A DNA stretch of 64,000 bases from Fibrobacteria bacterium (GTDB lineage: Bacteria; Fibrobacterota; Fibrobacteria; UBA11236; JADFYW01). This document shows positions 49,390-59,016 of the stretch, piece after piece. The notes under the pieces were generated by a model. That model saw only the letters and a program-made list of their open reading frames with translations. It did not search any database and was not told the origin of the DNA. The stretch lies in NCBI GenBank assembly GCA_050294405.1, contig JBNKOC010000007.1:119385-183384 (forward strand), in the 5' to 3' direction. A program made the position numbers and the translations under genes. The stretch's first letter is position 1; each line of letters begins with the position of its first letter.

Positions 49390-50553
49390 TTAAACAACTC
49401 CCATTCTTTCTCGTTCAATGGCAGCTCCCATGTTTATTTCTCTATAAAGGTTTTGCCGGAATTCCCTGGATGTCCGTGAAGATTCCGAAAATTGTCTGCG
49501 AATAACATGGTCTATTTTTTGTTCCAAGGTTTTTTCGATTTTCTCTATAGTTCTCGTATAAAGGTTTTTCTCTATTTGCGAATGGGGCGTTTGCGCCACC
49601 TTCTGGTTTCTGTTGTTTTGCAAAAATTCCATTCCTAATTTTGCAGAAGGGCTGGCTTCTATGTATTTCTTAATTCCAAATTTTTTAGATAAATGATATT
49701 CGCGAGAATGGGATTTTGAAACAGATCGGGTTAATTTTTCCTCAGAATGAAAAATGTTTTTTAAAGAAGATTCTTTGGGCATAGAAAGCGTTTGCGCCAC
49801 GTTTTTATTTTGAAAGGAACTACTCAAAAACTTTGTGTATTTAATATGTTCGGAGAACTTTGAGATCTTTTGCCCTTCCATTTGGATTCGTGAATGACGG
49901 AAATTATTCTTTTCTGGATTAATAATTATTTGCCTCGCATCCTTCGGATAAGAATTGGCAACTGATGTATAACGTTTATTCAATTTGAAATAAAAACCGG
50001 ACCTTGGACTTTTATTGGAAAGAAAATTTTTGTTAACGTTTTCAATCCTTATAAAGTTTAAAACTTCCTTAAACTGAGATTGAATAACGGGAAGTTTTTC
50101 CTTTAAGCCTTTGTCCGCGGTTAAAATTTGGTTAAACCTTTGGAATAAAAGCCTGGTTTTTTGGACATTGTAAGAATTTGCTGAAAAAAAAGAATGATTT
50201 ATATGGGGCCTTTTGGAATGACCGGGATATTGATGCACTACTTTGGATTGAAAATGAATCACAAATGGAGAAGAAATCTGTGAAAAAATTCTTGAGTTGT
50301 GCCGAATAATTTGAGGTTTGTATAGAACAACCTTCCGAGTATGATTTTTTATAAAATTTGAATAATGGTAATGTTTATGATGATAATGAGCGACTTTAGA
50401 ACTTCTGGCTATCAAGCGTTTGACCTGCCCCAGCCGGTATTGGTATAACAAAGACGTCCAGGTTGAACGCTCCTGTTGATAACGGGTAAACAGATTTTTT
50501 TGGGAAGTCAAAAAATTATTTTTTTGGAGCCCTTTCAACCTTTTCCAGTTCAT
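49390..50553 (-). CDS. Hypothetical highly basic eCIS protein
   Basis: K/R/S/H-rich; C-terminal LYREI...IERERMG as in eCIS accessory proteins. Confidence 0.55.
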   Translation of the reverse strand: MNWKRLKGLQKNNFLTSQKNLFTRYQQERSTWTSLLYQYRLGQVKRLIARSSKVAHYHHKHYHYSNFIKNHTRKVVLYKPQIIRHNSRIFSQISSPFVIHFQSKVVHQYPGHSKRPHINHSFFSANSYNVQKTRLLFQRFNQILTADKGLKEKLPVIQSQFKEVLNFIRIENVNKNFLSNKSPRSGFYFKLNKRYTSVANSYPKDARQIIINPEKNNFRHSRIQMEGQKISKFSEHIKYTKFLSSSFQNKNVAQTLSMPKESSLKNIFHSEEKLTRSVSKSHSREYHLSKKFGIKKYIEASPSAKLGMEFLQNNRNQKVAQTPHSQIEKNLYTRTIEKIEKTLEQKIDHVIRRQFSESSRTSREFRQNLYREINMGAAIERERMGVV

Positions 50554-50874
50554 TTATTCGTCATCCTTTTTGAGGCTGTCCGAAGTCTCTTTTTCTTCAG
50601 GTTCTTCTTCTACATCCGGCTCTTCATCCAGCTTTAATTCTTCGGATACCCTTAACGCAACTTTATTCCCAAATTGAAAGCCAATTTGTTCCATCAAAGC
50701 CCTTCGGGTTTTGGAATTCTGACTTTTTCGGATTCTATCTTTTAGCAAATCAAGCTCTTTTTCCGGAGAGATTTCTAATTCAGGGGAATTCTGTGGATCC
50801 ATTTCTTTGCCCATAGTTTGAGTTTCCTGTGGTGGCCCCAGATCTTCAGCTTGTAGTTTCCTTTTTCTATCCAA
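50554..50874 (-). CDS. Small hypothetical protein
   Basis: Overlaps the ATPase stop; contains a QFGNKVA motif. Confidence 0.55.
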   Translation of the reverse strand: MDRKRKLQAEDLGPPQETQTMGKEMDPQNSPELEISPEKELDLLKDRIRKSQNSKTRRALMEQIGFQFGNKVALRVSEELKLDEEPDVEEEPEEKETSDSLKKDDE

Positions 50875-53056
50875 GGGAAGCCTCCTTTACCAATTCATAG
50901 TAAGGGCCGAAGTCGCTTCGTCCAGGATATTTCCCCATCTTTTGGAATTCTCGTTTTACAGCTTTGATAATATGGAACATTTCTATACATCCACCATTGC
51001 TCGCCGCTAAAAAAGCACCGTTCAGGGCAATATTTTTGATATTTGCACCAGTCAATCGAAATTGTTTACTGAGAAATTCATAGTCAATTCGTTCCGATCG
51101 TGGAGCAGAACCTGGAAACACTTTATTCCACATAATCTCCCGGTCGTTTTGATCGGGAGTCGGGAACTCCACAATATATTTCAAACGACGGGTAAAGGCC
51201 GAATCTATGTTCTGTAAGATGTTAGTGGTAAGGATTACTATTCCTTCATGTTCTTCCAGTTTTTGCAGTAAATGGTCAATTTCAATGTTAGCGTATCTAT
51301 CATGGGCGTCTTTGACCTCAGATCTTTTTCCAAAAAGGGCATCGGCTTCATCAAAAAGCAAAATCCCATTACAATTTTCCGCCTCTTGAAATATTCGAGT
51401 GAGGTTTTTTTCAGTTTCTCCGATATACTTGCTGACCACAAGGGACAAATCAATTTTAAACAACTCCAGGCCCAAGGTTCCTGCAATGATCTCGGCGCAC
51501 ATGGTCTTTCCAGTGCCGGACTCTCCGGAAAACAAAATGCTCAAGCCTTTGCCCTGGCTGAATTTTTCTCCAAAACCCCAGTCGTCATAAACAGAAGAAC
51601 TAAGACGGGCGGATTCGCAAATTTCCCGTAGTTGTTCCAATACATCTGGCGGCAATACCAAATCCTCCCAACGGTACAGGCACCTGAGTTTTACTGCCAG
51701 CTGATTTAAATGGTGGGATTTTAAGTTCCGGCAAATATTCGCCAACTCCCCATATACTTCACCCGAGGCGGAAATTTTCCGCTCGTCTGCTATTTGAACA
51801 ATATTTTCTACATCCTCAGGAGTAAAATTAAAATGAGTGGACAGAGCAGAAATATCCTCATGACTCAAGGATATTTTAAACTTTTTATTCCAGGCGCATT
51901 CCCAAAGTTCCTTTCGCTGCATCCTTGTAGGGAGATGGAAGGTTTCTATCTGAACGGGAACAGGCAAACCTCTAAGGGGCTGCAACAGAACTGCTTGCGC
52001 CGTCACATAACACTTAACAGCCGAATTGTCATATAGGGAAACTGGAATCTGGCGAAGAACCTGCCGGGCGCTTTCCTGGTCAGTGATTCCAGAAAAATCC
52101 AAATGAAGTAGTGCGGACCATAAAATAGTTTCCCGGATAATAGCATACCACAAAGACTCCCCTCTTCCGGGATGGCCATCAAGAAGCGTTTCCATGTTAA
52201 TGCTGAGAACCCGGCGGTTAAGCTCATAAGCAACATTTTCAATGGCAAGATGCAGTTTTAATCCATTCGGTCCCAACAGAACTTCTACCTGTTGTATAGA
52301 ATCAAATTCACTTCGAATCTCTGATTGCCGGGCCAATTGTTTTTGCACCCAAGTTTTATGTTTAGAGTAATACCCTTCATAAAACTTTGCGGGGACTGAA
52401 GTTTGAAGCCTCGCTATTTCACGGAGTTCCTTATCCAACCGAACATTATGGACCCAAAACTCCACCAGAGATTCCGAAGGGACTAACTGGCGTGAGAAAA
52501 AACTACTTTGTTCGCGACGGCTGCGCTCGGAATATTGAACCAAACGGCTAGCAATTAAACTCCCACCCGGCCCTAAAATCTGGCGAAGACGGGTGCCGTC
52601 GTATTCATGTCCAAAAAAAATTTCACCCACCAGGGTAATTTCTGGTCTTTTTAAATTCAAATTGTCCTGTAGAAAAGCGAAGGTTTTTTCGAAACTTCTA
52701 TCCAATTCAGGAGCACAAACAAACAAACAAATGTATGCCTCAGTTTCGCTTAGGTTGAAATTAAAACGCAGCAAATCAAACAGAGATTCTTCCGGGGGCA
52801 AAGCTAGTAATTGCTTGCGTATGTTAATCATCTTGGAATCCAGCTTTTTCACTTCCTCTGGGTCAAGCTTTAAGTCAGAGTTTTTTTGATTAAGCAGCGA
52901 TAAAATTTCTTTTTCGGATATCACTAACCCGGAGAATTCCCCCAACTCCTCTTCCCGGATACATTTAGCGGCTTGCCTTTCCAGTACAGCACGCTCCAAC
53001 CGGCAGCGAATGAGGCTTAGGCGCAGATCAATTTCTTGGGGTATAATATTAATCAA
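50867..53056 (-). CDS. eCIS AAA+ ATPase (Afp15/Pvc15-like)
   Basis: GESGTGKT, VVSKYIGETEKNL, LFDEADALFGKRSEVKDAHDRYAN. Confidence 0.93.
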   Translation of the reverse strand: MINIIPQEIDLRLSLIRCRLERAVLERQAAKCIREEELGEFSGLVISEKEILSLLNQKNSDLKLDPEEVKKLDSKMINIRKQLLALPPEESLFDLLRFNFNLSETEAYICLFVCAPELDRSFEKTFAFLQDNLNLKRPEITLVGEIFFGHEYDGTRLRQILGPGGSLIASRLVQYSERSRREQSSFFSRQLVPSESLVEFWVHNVRLDKELREIARLQTSVPAKFYEGYYSKHKTWVQKQLARQSEIRSEFDSIQQVEVLLGPNGLKLHLAIENVAYELNRRVLSINMETLLDGHPGRGESLWYAIIRETILWSALLHLDFSGITDQESARQVLRQIPVSLYDNSAVKCYVTAQAVLLQPLRGLPVPVQIETFHLPTRMQRKELWECAWNKKFKISLSHEDISALSTHFNFTPEDVENIVQIADERKISASGEVYGELANICRNLKSHHLNQLAVKLRCLYRWEDLVLPPDVLEQLREICESARLSSSVYDDWGFGEKFSQGKGLSILFSGESGTGKTMCAEIIAGTLGLELFKIDLSLVVSKYIGETEKNLTRIFQEAENCNGILLFDEADALFGKRSEVKDAHDRYANIEIDHLLQKLEEHEGIVILTTNILQNIDSAFTRRLKYIVEFPTPDQNDREIMWNKVFPGSAPRSERIDYEFLSKQFRLTGANIKNIALNGAFLAASNGGCIEMFHIIKAVKREFQKMGKYPGRSDFGPYYELVKEASLG

Positions 53057-53597
53057 TGTTGTTATACTCCCTGGTTATTTGCGCCACCCGTGCAACAGAC
53101 TTAGTTCGGTAAGACTCCAGCAAGACAACCTTAACTTCATAAGCCACAGAAAGACGGTAAGCTGTTTGCAATGAGTTCCATATCCGGGTAAGCTCTTCGA
53201 GCTTAAGGGAGTTCAATATAATAGACACTTTATCCACACTGAACCTAAGTGAATCGGGAAGCTCCGCCCCCCTAAGCACAGGCCTTTCATGAAACATCCG
53301 CATGGCATCCCCAAGCACATGATGGGCGCTTAATGCATCCGATGCATAGGGTGTAAGCAGGTAATGCAAATCCAGAGCCAGAGGAGGAAACCTATCCTCT
53401 CTATCTGATTGAGAATCCCACAATTGTTTTTTAGCAAAAGGATCTTCCTGGACCTGATAGAGATAAAGGTTAATCCTTTGGTATGAACCCGAAGTACCCG
53501 AAAGATTGGCGGGTGAATCCAGGGTTACGCTTAAACCTGTTAACATATTAACAAGAGTATTTGTTAAGTCCCCGATTATATTAAGCCCTGTTAACAT
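53049..53597 (-). CDS. DUF4255/Pvc16-Afp16 tail terminator
   Basis: INLYLYQV, PPLALDLHYLLT, YRLSVAYEV. Confidence 0.88.
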   Translation of the reverse strand: MLTGLNIIGDLTNTLVNMLTGLSVTLDSPANLSGTSGSYQRINLYLYQVQEDPFAKKQLWDSQSDREDRFPPLALDLHYLLTPYASDALSAHHVLGDAMRMFHERPVLRGAELPDSLRFSVDKVSIILNSLKLEELTRIWNSLQTAYRLSVAYEVKVVLLESYRTKSVARVAQITREYNNID

Positions 53598-53598
53598 G

Positions 53599-54087
53599 TT
53601 ATTCCACCAGCTCCAGGCCCTCGCAGGCTAATTCAAGGGATTCAAATGCAATTTCTCCCGAGCCAGCTTTAAGATCAGGCCCAGACCATTTAATTGGAAA
53701 TGCCCTAAAGAGAGACCAGCGTTTTTGTTCCTCGCCAGCCTCATCCATTAACACAATGGAGCAACGAGTACTAATGTCCTCATCGCTTTCAAATGGACGC
53801 AGGTTTGGGTTATTCCCACTATTGAATTCACCTGACATCACATCGTGTTGCCATTTGTATAATTCATTGGAATCAGTTCCCGTAAGCATTCCCCGTTTTA
53901 GCACTATGTTGCTAATAGATCCGCCGTCAGGAAATTTTAAAACACTGCCGTTGCGCCCCCCCTCTTTATATTCGGCAATTTTGGTCTCTTTAGTAAGGCC
54001 AGTACATTCCTGGAAACCCGCCACTTGTAAAGATCCCAATTCCAGGGCGAAACGGTAAGTTGCCAATGGATCGTTTATTCTTCTCAC
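53599..54087 (-). CDS. Tail tube protein (gp19-like) 2
   Basis: DPLATYRF, GFQECTGL, YKEGG, IVLKRG, AFPIKWSGPDL. Confidence 0.93.
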   Translation of the reverse strand: MRRINDPLATYRFALELGSLQVAGFQECTGLTKETKIAEYKEGGRNGSVLKFPDGGSISNIVLKRGMLTGTDSNELYKWQHDVMSGEFNSGNNPNLRPFESDEDISTRCSIVLMDEAGEEQKRWSLFRAFPIKWSGPDLKAGSGEIAFESLELACEGLELVE

Positions 54088-56456
54088 AAGTCAGACTCCG
54101 TTAATGCAATATTTTCGGGTTGGCGTTTTAATACTATTTCAATAAATTCTGCCGGGTTGCTCAGGGCCAAGCCTATTTCAGCTAACACCACTCCGCTGTC
54201 CATTAGATCACGGGGATTATTTGCGCCGTCACATTTTACATAAAACACCTCTTCTGGTATCCCGGAAGCAGTAAGTCCGGTACGGGCCATATAATTAAGG
54301 CGGGAACTAATTGCCATTTTAATTTTCTTTTGAAGAGCCGAATTATTTGGTTCAAATACCGCCCAGGCTAGATCCCTGCGCAAAGTTTTGTATAAAGTAT
54401 TGAGTACCCGACGGTTGTGCAGATAAACATACCGAGGGTCCGGATTTAATGTCCTCGCACCGAGAATATGTATCCATCCGGGCTTTAGAATACGAATACA
54501 ATTTATTCCCGCCGGATTTAAATAAGCTTGATCAAATGAGTCCACCTCTTTTTCCAATGCCACTAAGCCCTTCAACTCAGTGTTAGCAGGGGCTCTTCCC
54601 GCTCCAGCCTGAAGATCCATCCTGCGTAACATTCCGGCGATAGCGCCAGAAGGCGGGACAAGCTTTTCTCCAAAAGGCGATATGGCCTTGAGTTGTGGAA
54701 AATAAAAAGCCCCGAAGCGAGCCATAGAATCCTTGGATAAAGAGGCCGTCAGAAATAAGGCTTCTTCCAGTTCCATTTCTAACTCAGGGTCTATTAGTAC
54801 CATGCGATCGGACTTGTGGCTGGCATAACGGATTACGGTTCTCCATTGTTCCAATCTCTCGCTGAGCAATGCAATAGGGGAACGGATAAGGTCAGGTAAC
54901 AAAAGGACATCAGATGCCAGATTATCCTCATCCTGAGACAGCCCCAATTTATCTCCAAAGCCCATTAGGCTGGATGAAAGACTGTTACCGCTAGCATCAA
55001 AGCCGATGTAATACTCCGAGGAAATTTCCCCTGGATCAAGACCATTTTCCAAATTGACAATGTCCTCGGGTGGGTTGGCGCCAATGGCTTGTACAAATAT
55101 CAGATCACTGACCGAATTGATATTTGTTTCGGCAAAGTGCAGCAAATCGCCGGAGTCCATGTTCAAATTGAGAAACTTTTCAACAGCAGTTCTTTCGTCT
55201 GGGTAAAAAACTTCCAGCTTAAAACGGTTTACTATCTCAACTCTGGAATGCTCTGAAAAATCATGAGTTGTAGCTAAATCCAAAGTGACTTGATGGGTAT
55301 CTGGTTCTATAAATTGAATGGTAAAAGTTTCAGAAACAAGAGCGGCGTCATCGTAAAGAGTTATAACATCAGCAACAGTCAGACCTTTTATATTTTCAAG
55401 GAATATTAAATCGCTGAGTCCCGAATCAAATGAAAGTTCAGTTACCATAGCTGCCGCTTCAATGCGCAAACCTTCGCCTATTCTCCCCCGTTCTCGGGCG
55501 TACACCCTTAGTGCGGGCACAAATCCTGAGTCACTGAGAGTGGCACTCGCCCTAACGAATCCATCACCTCCCCCCCGAAAGGACAAGCCCATATCCATGG
55601 GTTTGAAGAAAGCAAATCCTGATACATCTTGCCGGGATGTAGCTTTTACAAGAATGGATTGCCTTCCATCCCTTCGGTCAATGTAATGTCCTTCCCCATT
55701 AATTAGTTTCTCAAAAAATTTTGGATGGCGCGGGTTCATAGAAAGATTCGTAAAAAATTCGCTAATGCTTCCATAGGAAAGAGAAAGGTTGAATCCCGAT
55801 CCAAAAATGCGGCTACCCTTAGGAAAGCTCTCTCCCACAGGAAAGACTGTTGTTAGGGTCCGATTTAGTTTATTTATAGCCTGGATTTGGAATTCCCTTT
55901 TGACAAAGGGATTTTCAGAAGAGACTAAAGTCCCTGTCATTCCAGGAAAAAAATCTACTGCTGAAGTAACTTGCAATACGGTATCCGTATCAACAACTCT
56001 CTGCTCAAGCCCCGTTAAATCCATTTCTACTTTACTGTCGCGGGTAATGCTGCCAGTCAGATCATTTCCCCATGCACCGAAATTGATGCATTCCAAAGTC
56101 AAACAAATATCGCTATTGTGGTCTCTCACAGGAGTAGTGGTTTGCGCCACTGCAAGAATATCCCGCATTTCTTCGGGCACTGAAATATCTGGAGGCTGAG
56201 GCTCGCGCATGATTCGGATTACATAACATTGTTCTCCCCCATTTTGGAAAAAATTATACACGCTAGTGGGCAAATATCCATAATCTATGATGTTTCCAAA
56301 TACATCTAAAAAATCATTCCAGCTTTCTATCCGCTGCAAGGAGTGCTGGGGGCCTTTTGAGGCAATACCAACAAAAGTAGCTACGCCGCTTTGCTGCTGA
56401 CGCGCGTCTCTTATTCCCTTTTCCCTTAGGTATATTCCTGGAGTTGTTTGAATCAT
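54084..56456 (-). CDS. Tail sheath protein 3
   Basis: TPGIYLRE, FFQNGGEQCYVIR, PPSGAIAG, APAN, GARTL, WAVFEPN, PAEFI. Confidence 0.9.
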   Translation of the reverse strand: MIQTTPGIYLREKGIRDARQQQSGVATFVGIASKGPQHSLQRIESWNDFLDVFGNIIDYGYLPTSVYNFFQNGGEQCYVIRIMREPQPPDISVPEEMRDILAVAQTTTPVRDHNSDICLTLECINFGAWGNDLTGSITRDSKVEMDLTGLEQRVVDTDTVLQVTSAVDFFPGMTGTLVSSENPFVKREFQIQAINKLNRTLTTVFPVGESFPKGSRIFGSGFNLSLSYGSISEFFTNLSMNPRHPKFFEKLINGEGHYIDRRDGRQSILVKATSRQDVSGFAFFKPMDMGLSFRGGGDGFVRASATLSDSGFVPALRVYARERGRIGEGLRIEAAAMVTELSFDSGLSDLIFLENIKGLTVADVITLYDDAALVSETFTIQFIEPDTHQVTLDLATTHDFSEHSRVEIVNRFKLEVFYPDERTAVEKFLNLNMDSGDLLHFAETNINSVSDLIFVQAIGANPPEDIVNLENGLDPGEISSEYYIGFDASGNSLSSSLMGFGDKLGLSQDEDNLASDVLLLPDLIRSPIALLSERLEQWRTVIRYASHKSDRMVLIDPELEMELEEALFLTASLSKDSMARFGAFYFPQLKAISPFGEKLVPPSGAIAGMLRRMDLQAGAGRAPANTELKGLVALEKEVDSFDQAYLNPAGINCIRILKPGWIHILGARTLNPDPRYVYLHNRRVLNTLYKTLRRDLAWAVFEPNNSALQKKIKMAISSRLNYMARTGLTASGIPEEVFYVKCDGANNPRDLMDSGVVLAEIGLALSNPAEFIEIVLKRQPENIALTESDL

Positions 56457-56478
56457 GCCTGAAAATTTTTAAATGGTG

Positions 56479-56655
56479 CTATAGCCGGATCTCGTTTTCT
56501 TCCTGGTTTTTTTCTCTATTAATGCGGGAAATTTCATTGACCCATTTCCTGCGCAAATGATGTTGCATTCCCATGATTTCATTCATAGACCAGTGGAAAT
56601 GATATGCGATAAAGGCTACCTCCTGATATATGTCTCTCAAGGGGTAGCCAGAAAT
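56479..56655 (-). CDS. DUF6760-like small ORF (not in the ORF track); probable -1 frameshift extension of the tail chaperone
   Basis: Translated by hand: YPLRDIYQEVAFIAYHFHWSMNEIMGMQHHLRRKWVNEISRIN...; TAG at 56479-56481. Confidence 0.75.
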   Translation of the reverse strand: MSGYPLRDIYQEVAFIAYHFHWSMNEIMGMQHHLRRKWVNEISRINREKNQEENEIRL

Positions 56656-57002
56656 TCCCCCAAGCCGTTTCTCACTCCATTGAGGCTTATATCCTGGGGA
56701 GAATCTTCTTCCTCATTTCCATTAATTTGGTTGTAAAAATCCTGCAAATACCTTAGATCAGCAGTGAATAATTTTTCAATAATCGATGGATTGATATCAG
56801 GCACGCCTTCAATTTTGGTAATTACCCGGGAAAGCAAAATTATTATTAAATAAGCCTGGTTGCGCTGTACCCGGGGGTCCGCCAGCGGAGCTATTTCATC
56901 ATGCGCATTTGCCAATCGCATAATCCCCTGCCGATGGAGATTGCCGTCTTTATCAATATATCCCTTGGGTAGAGTAAATTCGTATTCGATTTGAAGACTC
57001 AT
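56637..57002 (-). CDS. Tail assembly chaperone-like protein
   Basis: EFTLPKGYID..G.LHR.G.MRLA...DEI.P..DPRV..N.AY. Confidence 0.8.
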   Translation of the reverse strand: MSLQIEYEFTLPKGYIDKDGNLHRQGIMRLANAHDEIAPLADPRVQRNQAYLIIILLSRVITKIEGVPDINPSIIEKLFTADLRYLQDFYNQINGNEEEDSPQDISLNGVRNGLGEFLATP

Positions 57003-57430
57003 CCTTTTCTAACCCCCTCACATACAATTTCCAAAGATTCCATAGCCACGGAATTATCACCCGCTTTGAGATCGGGTCCGATAAATTTTGAAGGCCAAGC
57101 CTCTTCAAGGTTATAGCGCAGCTTTTCCTCTTTCAACTCATCCATAACAATTATGGAGAGAGACATACGCTGAACATCTCCGTCTACAGCTTTTTGAACC
57201 CAATCGATAAAGTCGGGACTTTCAGAAACGCCTCGCTTTAAAGTGATGTTACCGAACTTCACCAACCCCGGGATTTTTCGCATGGTAGCTGCTTCGTTGC
57301 CATTCCGATACTCCACCGGTTGCACTTCAGTGTTGAGTCCGGTGCATTCATTAAAATAAGCCTGCAACACACCACCCGACTCCACGGTGAAATTAAAGGA
57401 AAGTAAAGGATCAATATCTCTTCTGGGCAT
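56999..57430 (-). CDS. Tail tube protein (gp19-like) 1
   Basis: DPLLSFNF, ECTGL, EYRNG, KIPGLVKFGNITLKRG, AWPSKF. Confidence 0.95.
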   Translation of the reverse strand: MPRRDIDPLLSFNFTVESGGVLQAYFNECTGLNTEVQPVEYRNGNEAATMRKIPGLVKFGNITLKRGVSESPDFIDWVQKAVDGDVQRMSLSIIVMDELKEEKLRYNLEEAWPSKFIGPDLKAGDNSVAMESLEIVCEGVRKG

Positions 57431-57450
57431 GACTGCTCCTTGGTTAATTT

Positions 57451-59004
57451 TTACTCTTCAACATCCGAACCACCTGCAAATTGAGAAATTCGGAAAATCA
57501 CAAACTCTGCAGGCTTAGAAGGAGCCACACCAATTTCTGTAATGACCCTTCCGGCATCTATGGATTCCTGAGGATTTGTTTCTGCATCGCATTTGACATA
57601 AAAAGCCTCTTCTTCCTTTACTCCAACCAATGCGCCACTGCTCCATTGAATTCTAAGGAAGGCAGATATGTTCCGCGTAATATCTTTCCAAAGCTTGGGG
57701 CCGTTGGGTTCAAATACGGTCCATTTAGTGGCTTTTTCCACGGACTCTTCCAAAAAAAGAAACAGCCTACGAACATTAAAATACCTCCATTCGGGATCTG
57801 CACTCACGGTACGAGCTCCCCACAAGGCATTGCCAACTCCATCAATTTTGCGAATGACATTAATCCCCAAAGGATTGAGTTTAGCTTGTCCTGCATCGGA
57901 AAATTCGAATTCTACTCCTACAGCGCTTCGCAATCTACCGTCTAAAACCCCAGCCGCGGCTTTATGTACTCCTCGAATGCTATCCACATCCGCATAACGT
58001 CCGGCCACTAAACACGACGGAGGAATACTGATAAGATTCCCGTTTCGCGGATCAAGGACCTTAACATAAGGGGTGTAAAGAGCGCCATAAGTGGAATTGA
58101 AGGCATTGCCTCCACTGTAAGCACCTTGGGATAACTTATAATGCATAACGTCGTCCGCAGCCACAATAGTCTGTTGGCTGTCCGCGATATAAAAGCAGTC
58201 TTTTCTGTTTTGGCAATAGCTCATTCCCTGTATATGTACATCGCGGTTTGGAGCATCTGGAACAGCCACCAGGTTAATGGCATCCACAATATCAAAAGCA
58301 TGCAGTCCATTCTGCAAAGCGCCGTCACCAACATAATCGGATGTGACAGTAATGGGCAACCCCGAAACACTATTCACCAGGGCATCATCCCCGGATGCCA
58401 AATGAAGTGTGCCTGTTGTGGCAACCGGTCTTCGATTGGCCACTGGAATAGCCAAGGCCGTGGAAAGATCTTCCACAATAATGTACTGAGAAACACTGTT
58501 AATACGGTCTTCCACCCAGTCAACGTGATTCGCATCAAAGATGAGGTTCGCATGGGTTTCTACTACATTTCCTTTAAAGCGCACTTCAATATCAATTCTG
58601 TCTACACCCGAATGGGTCACAACAATACCAATATCGTCGCCCCAGGCTCCGGCCGAAGGAGCTTCTACTCTGAGCACATTGGAAGGCGTAACATTCTGTA
58701 ACACTTGAAAACTGGCCACGGCGGCTGGAGCGCCTGCTACATAGTGGCAGGTCCGCACCACATAACAGCTGGTGCCTCCCTCATCAAAAAAACCTTTAAT
58801 AGCAAAAGGCAGATAGCCACCGTCAAAATAAGAACCAAAAGTCTTTACATATTGAGCGAAGTTATTGATGGGAACGGCTTTGCCATAGGGCCCCCTTTCA
58901 GCATGCCCCACAAAGGCTCCGGTGGAAGTTCCCACTCCCTGAATAGGTTTGAGGCCTGAAGGAATTTCTTCTATAAATACATCGGGTGATAAATATTCTG
59001 CCAT
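57451..59004 (-). CDS. Tail sheath protein 2
   Basis: YLSPDVFIEE, RGVHKA, WGART, NVRRLF, FEPN, KPAEFV. Confidence 0.95.
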   Translation of the reverse strand: MAEYLSPDVFIEEIPSGLKPIQGVGTSTGAFVGHAERGPYGKAVPINNFAQYVKTFGSYFDGGYLPFAIKGFFDEGGTSCYVVRTCHYVAGAPAAVASFQVLQNVTPSNVLRVEAPSAGAWGDDIGIVVTHSGVDRIDIEVRFKGNVVETHANLIFDANHVDWVEDRINSVSQYIIVEDLSTALAIPVANRRPVATTGTLHLASGDDALVNSVSGLPITVTSDYVGDGALQNGLHAFDIVDAINLVAVPDAPNRDVHIQGMSYCQNRKDCFYIADSQQTIVAADDVMHYKLSQGAYSGGNAFNSTYGALYTPYVKVLDPRNGNLISIPPSCLVAGRYADVDSIRGVHKAAAGVLDGRLRSAVGVEFEFSDAGQAKLNPLGINVIRKIDGVGNALWGARTVSADPEWRYFNVRRLFLFLEESVEKATKWTVFEPNGPKLWKDITRNISAFLRIQWSSGALVGVKEEEAFYVKCDAETNPQESIDAGRVITEIGVAPSKPAEFVIFRISQFAGGSDVEE

Positions 59005-59016
59005 AATATGTTCCTT

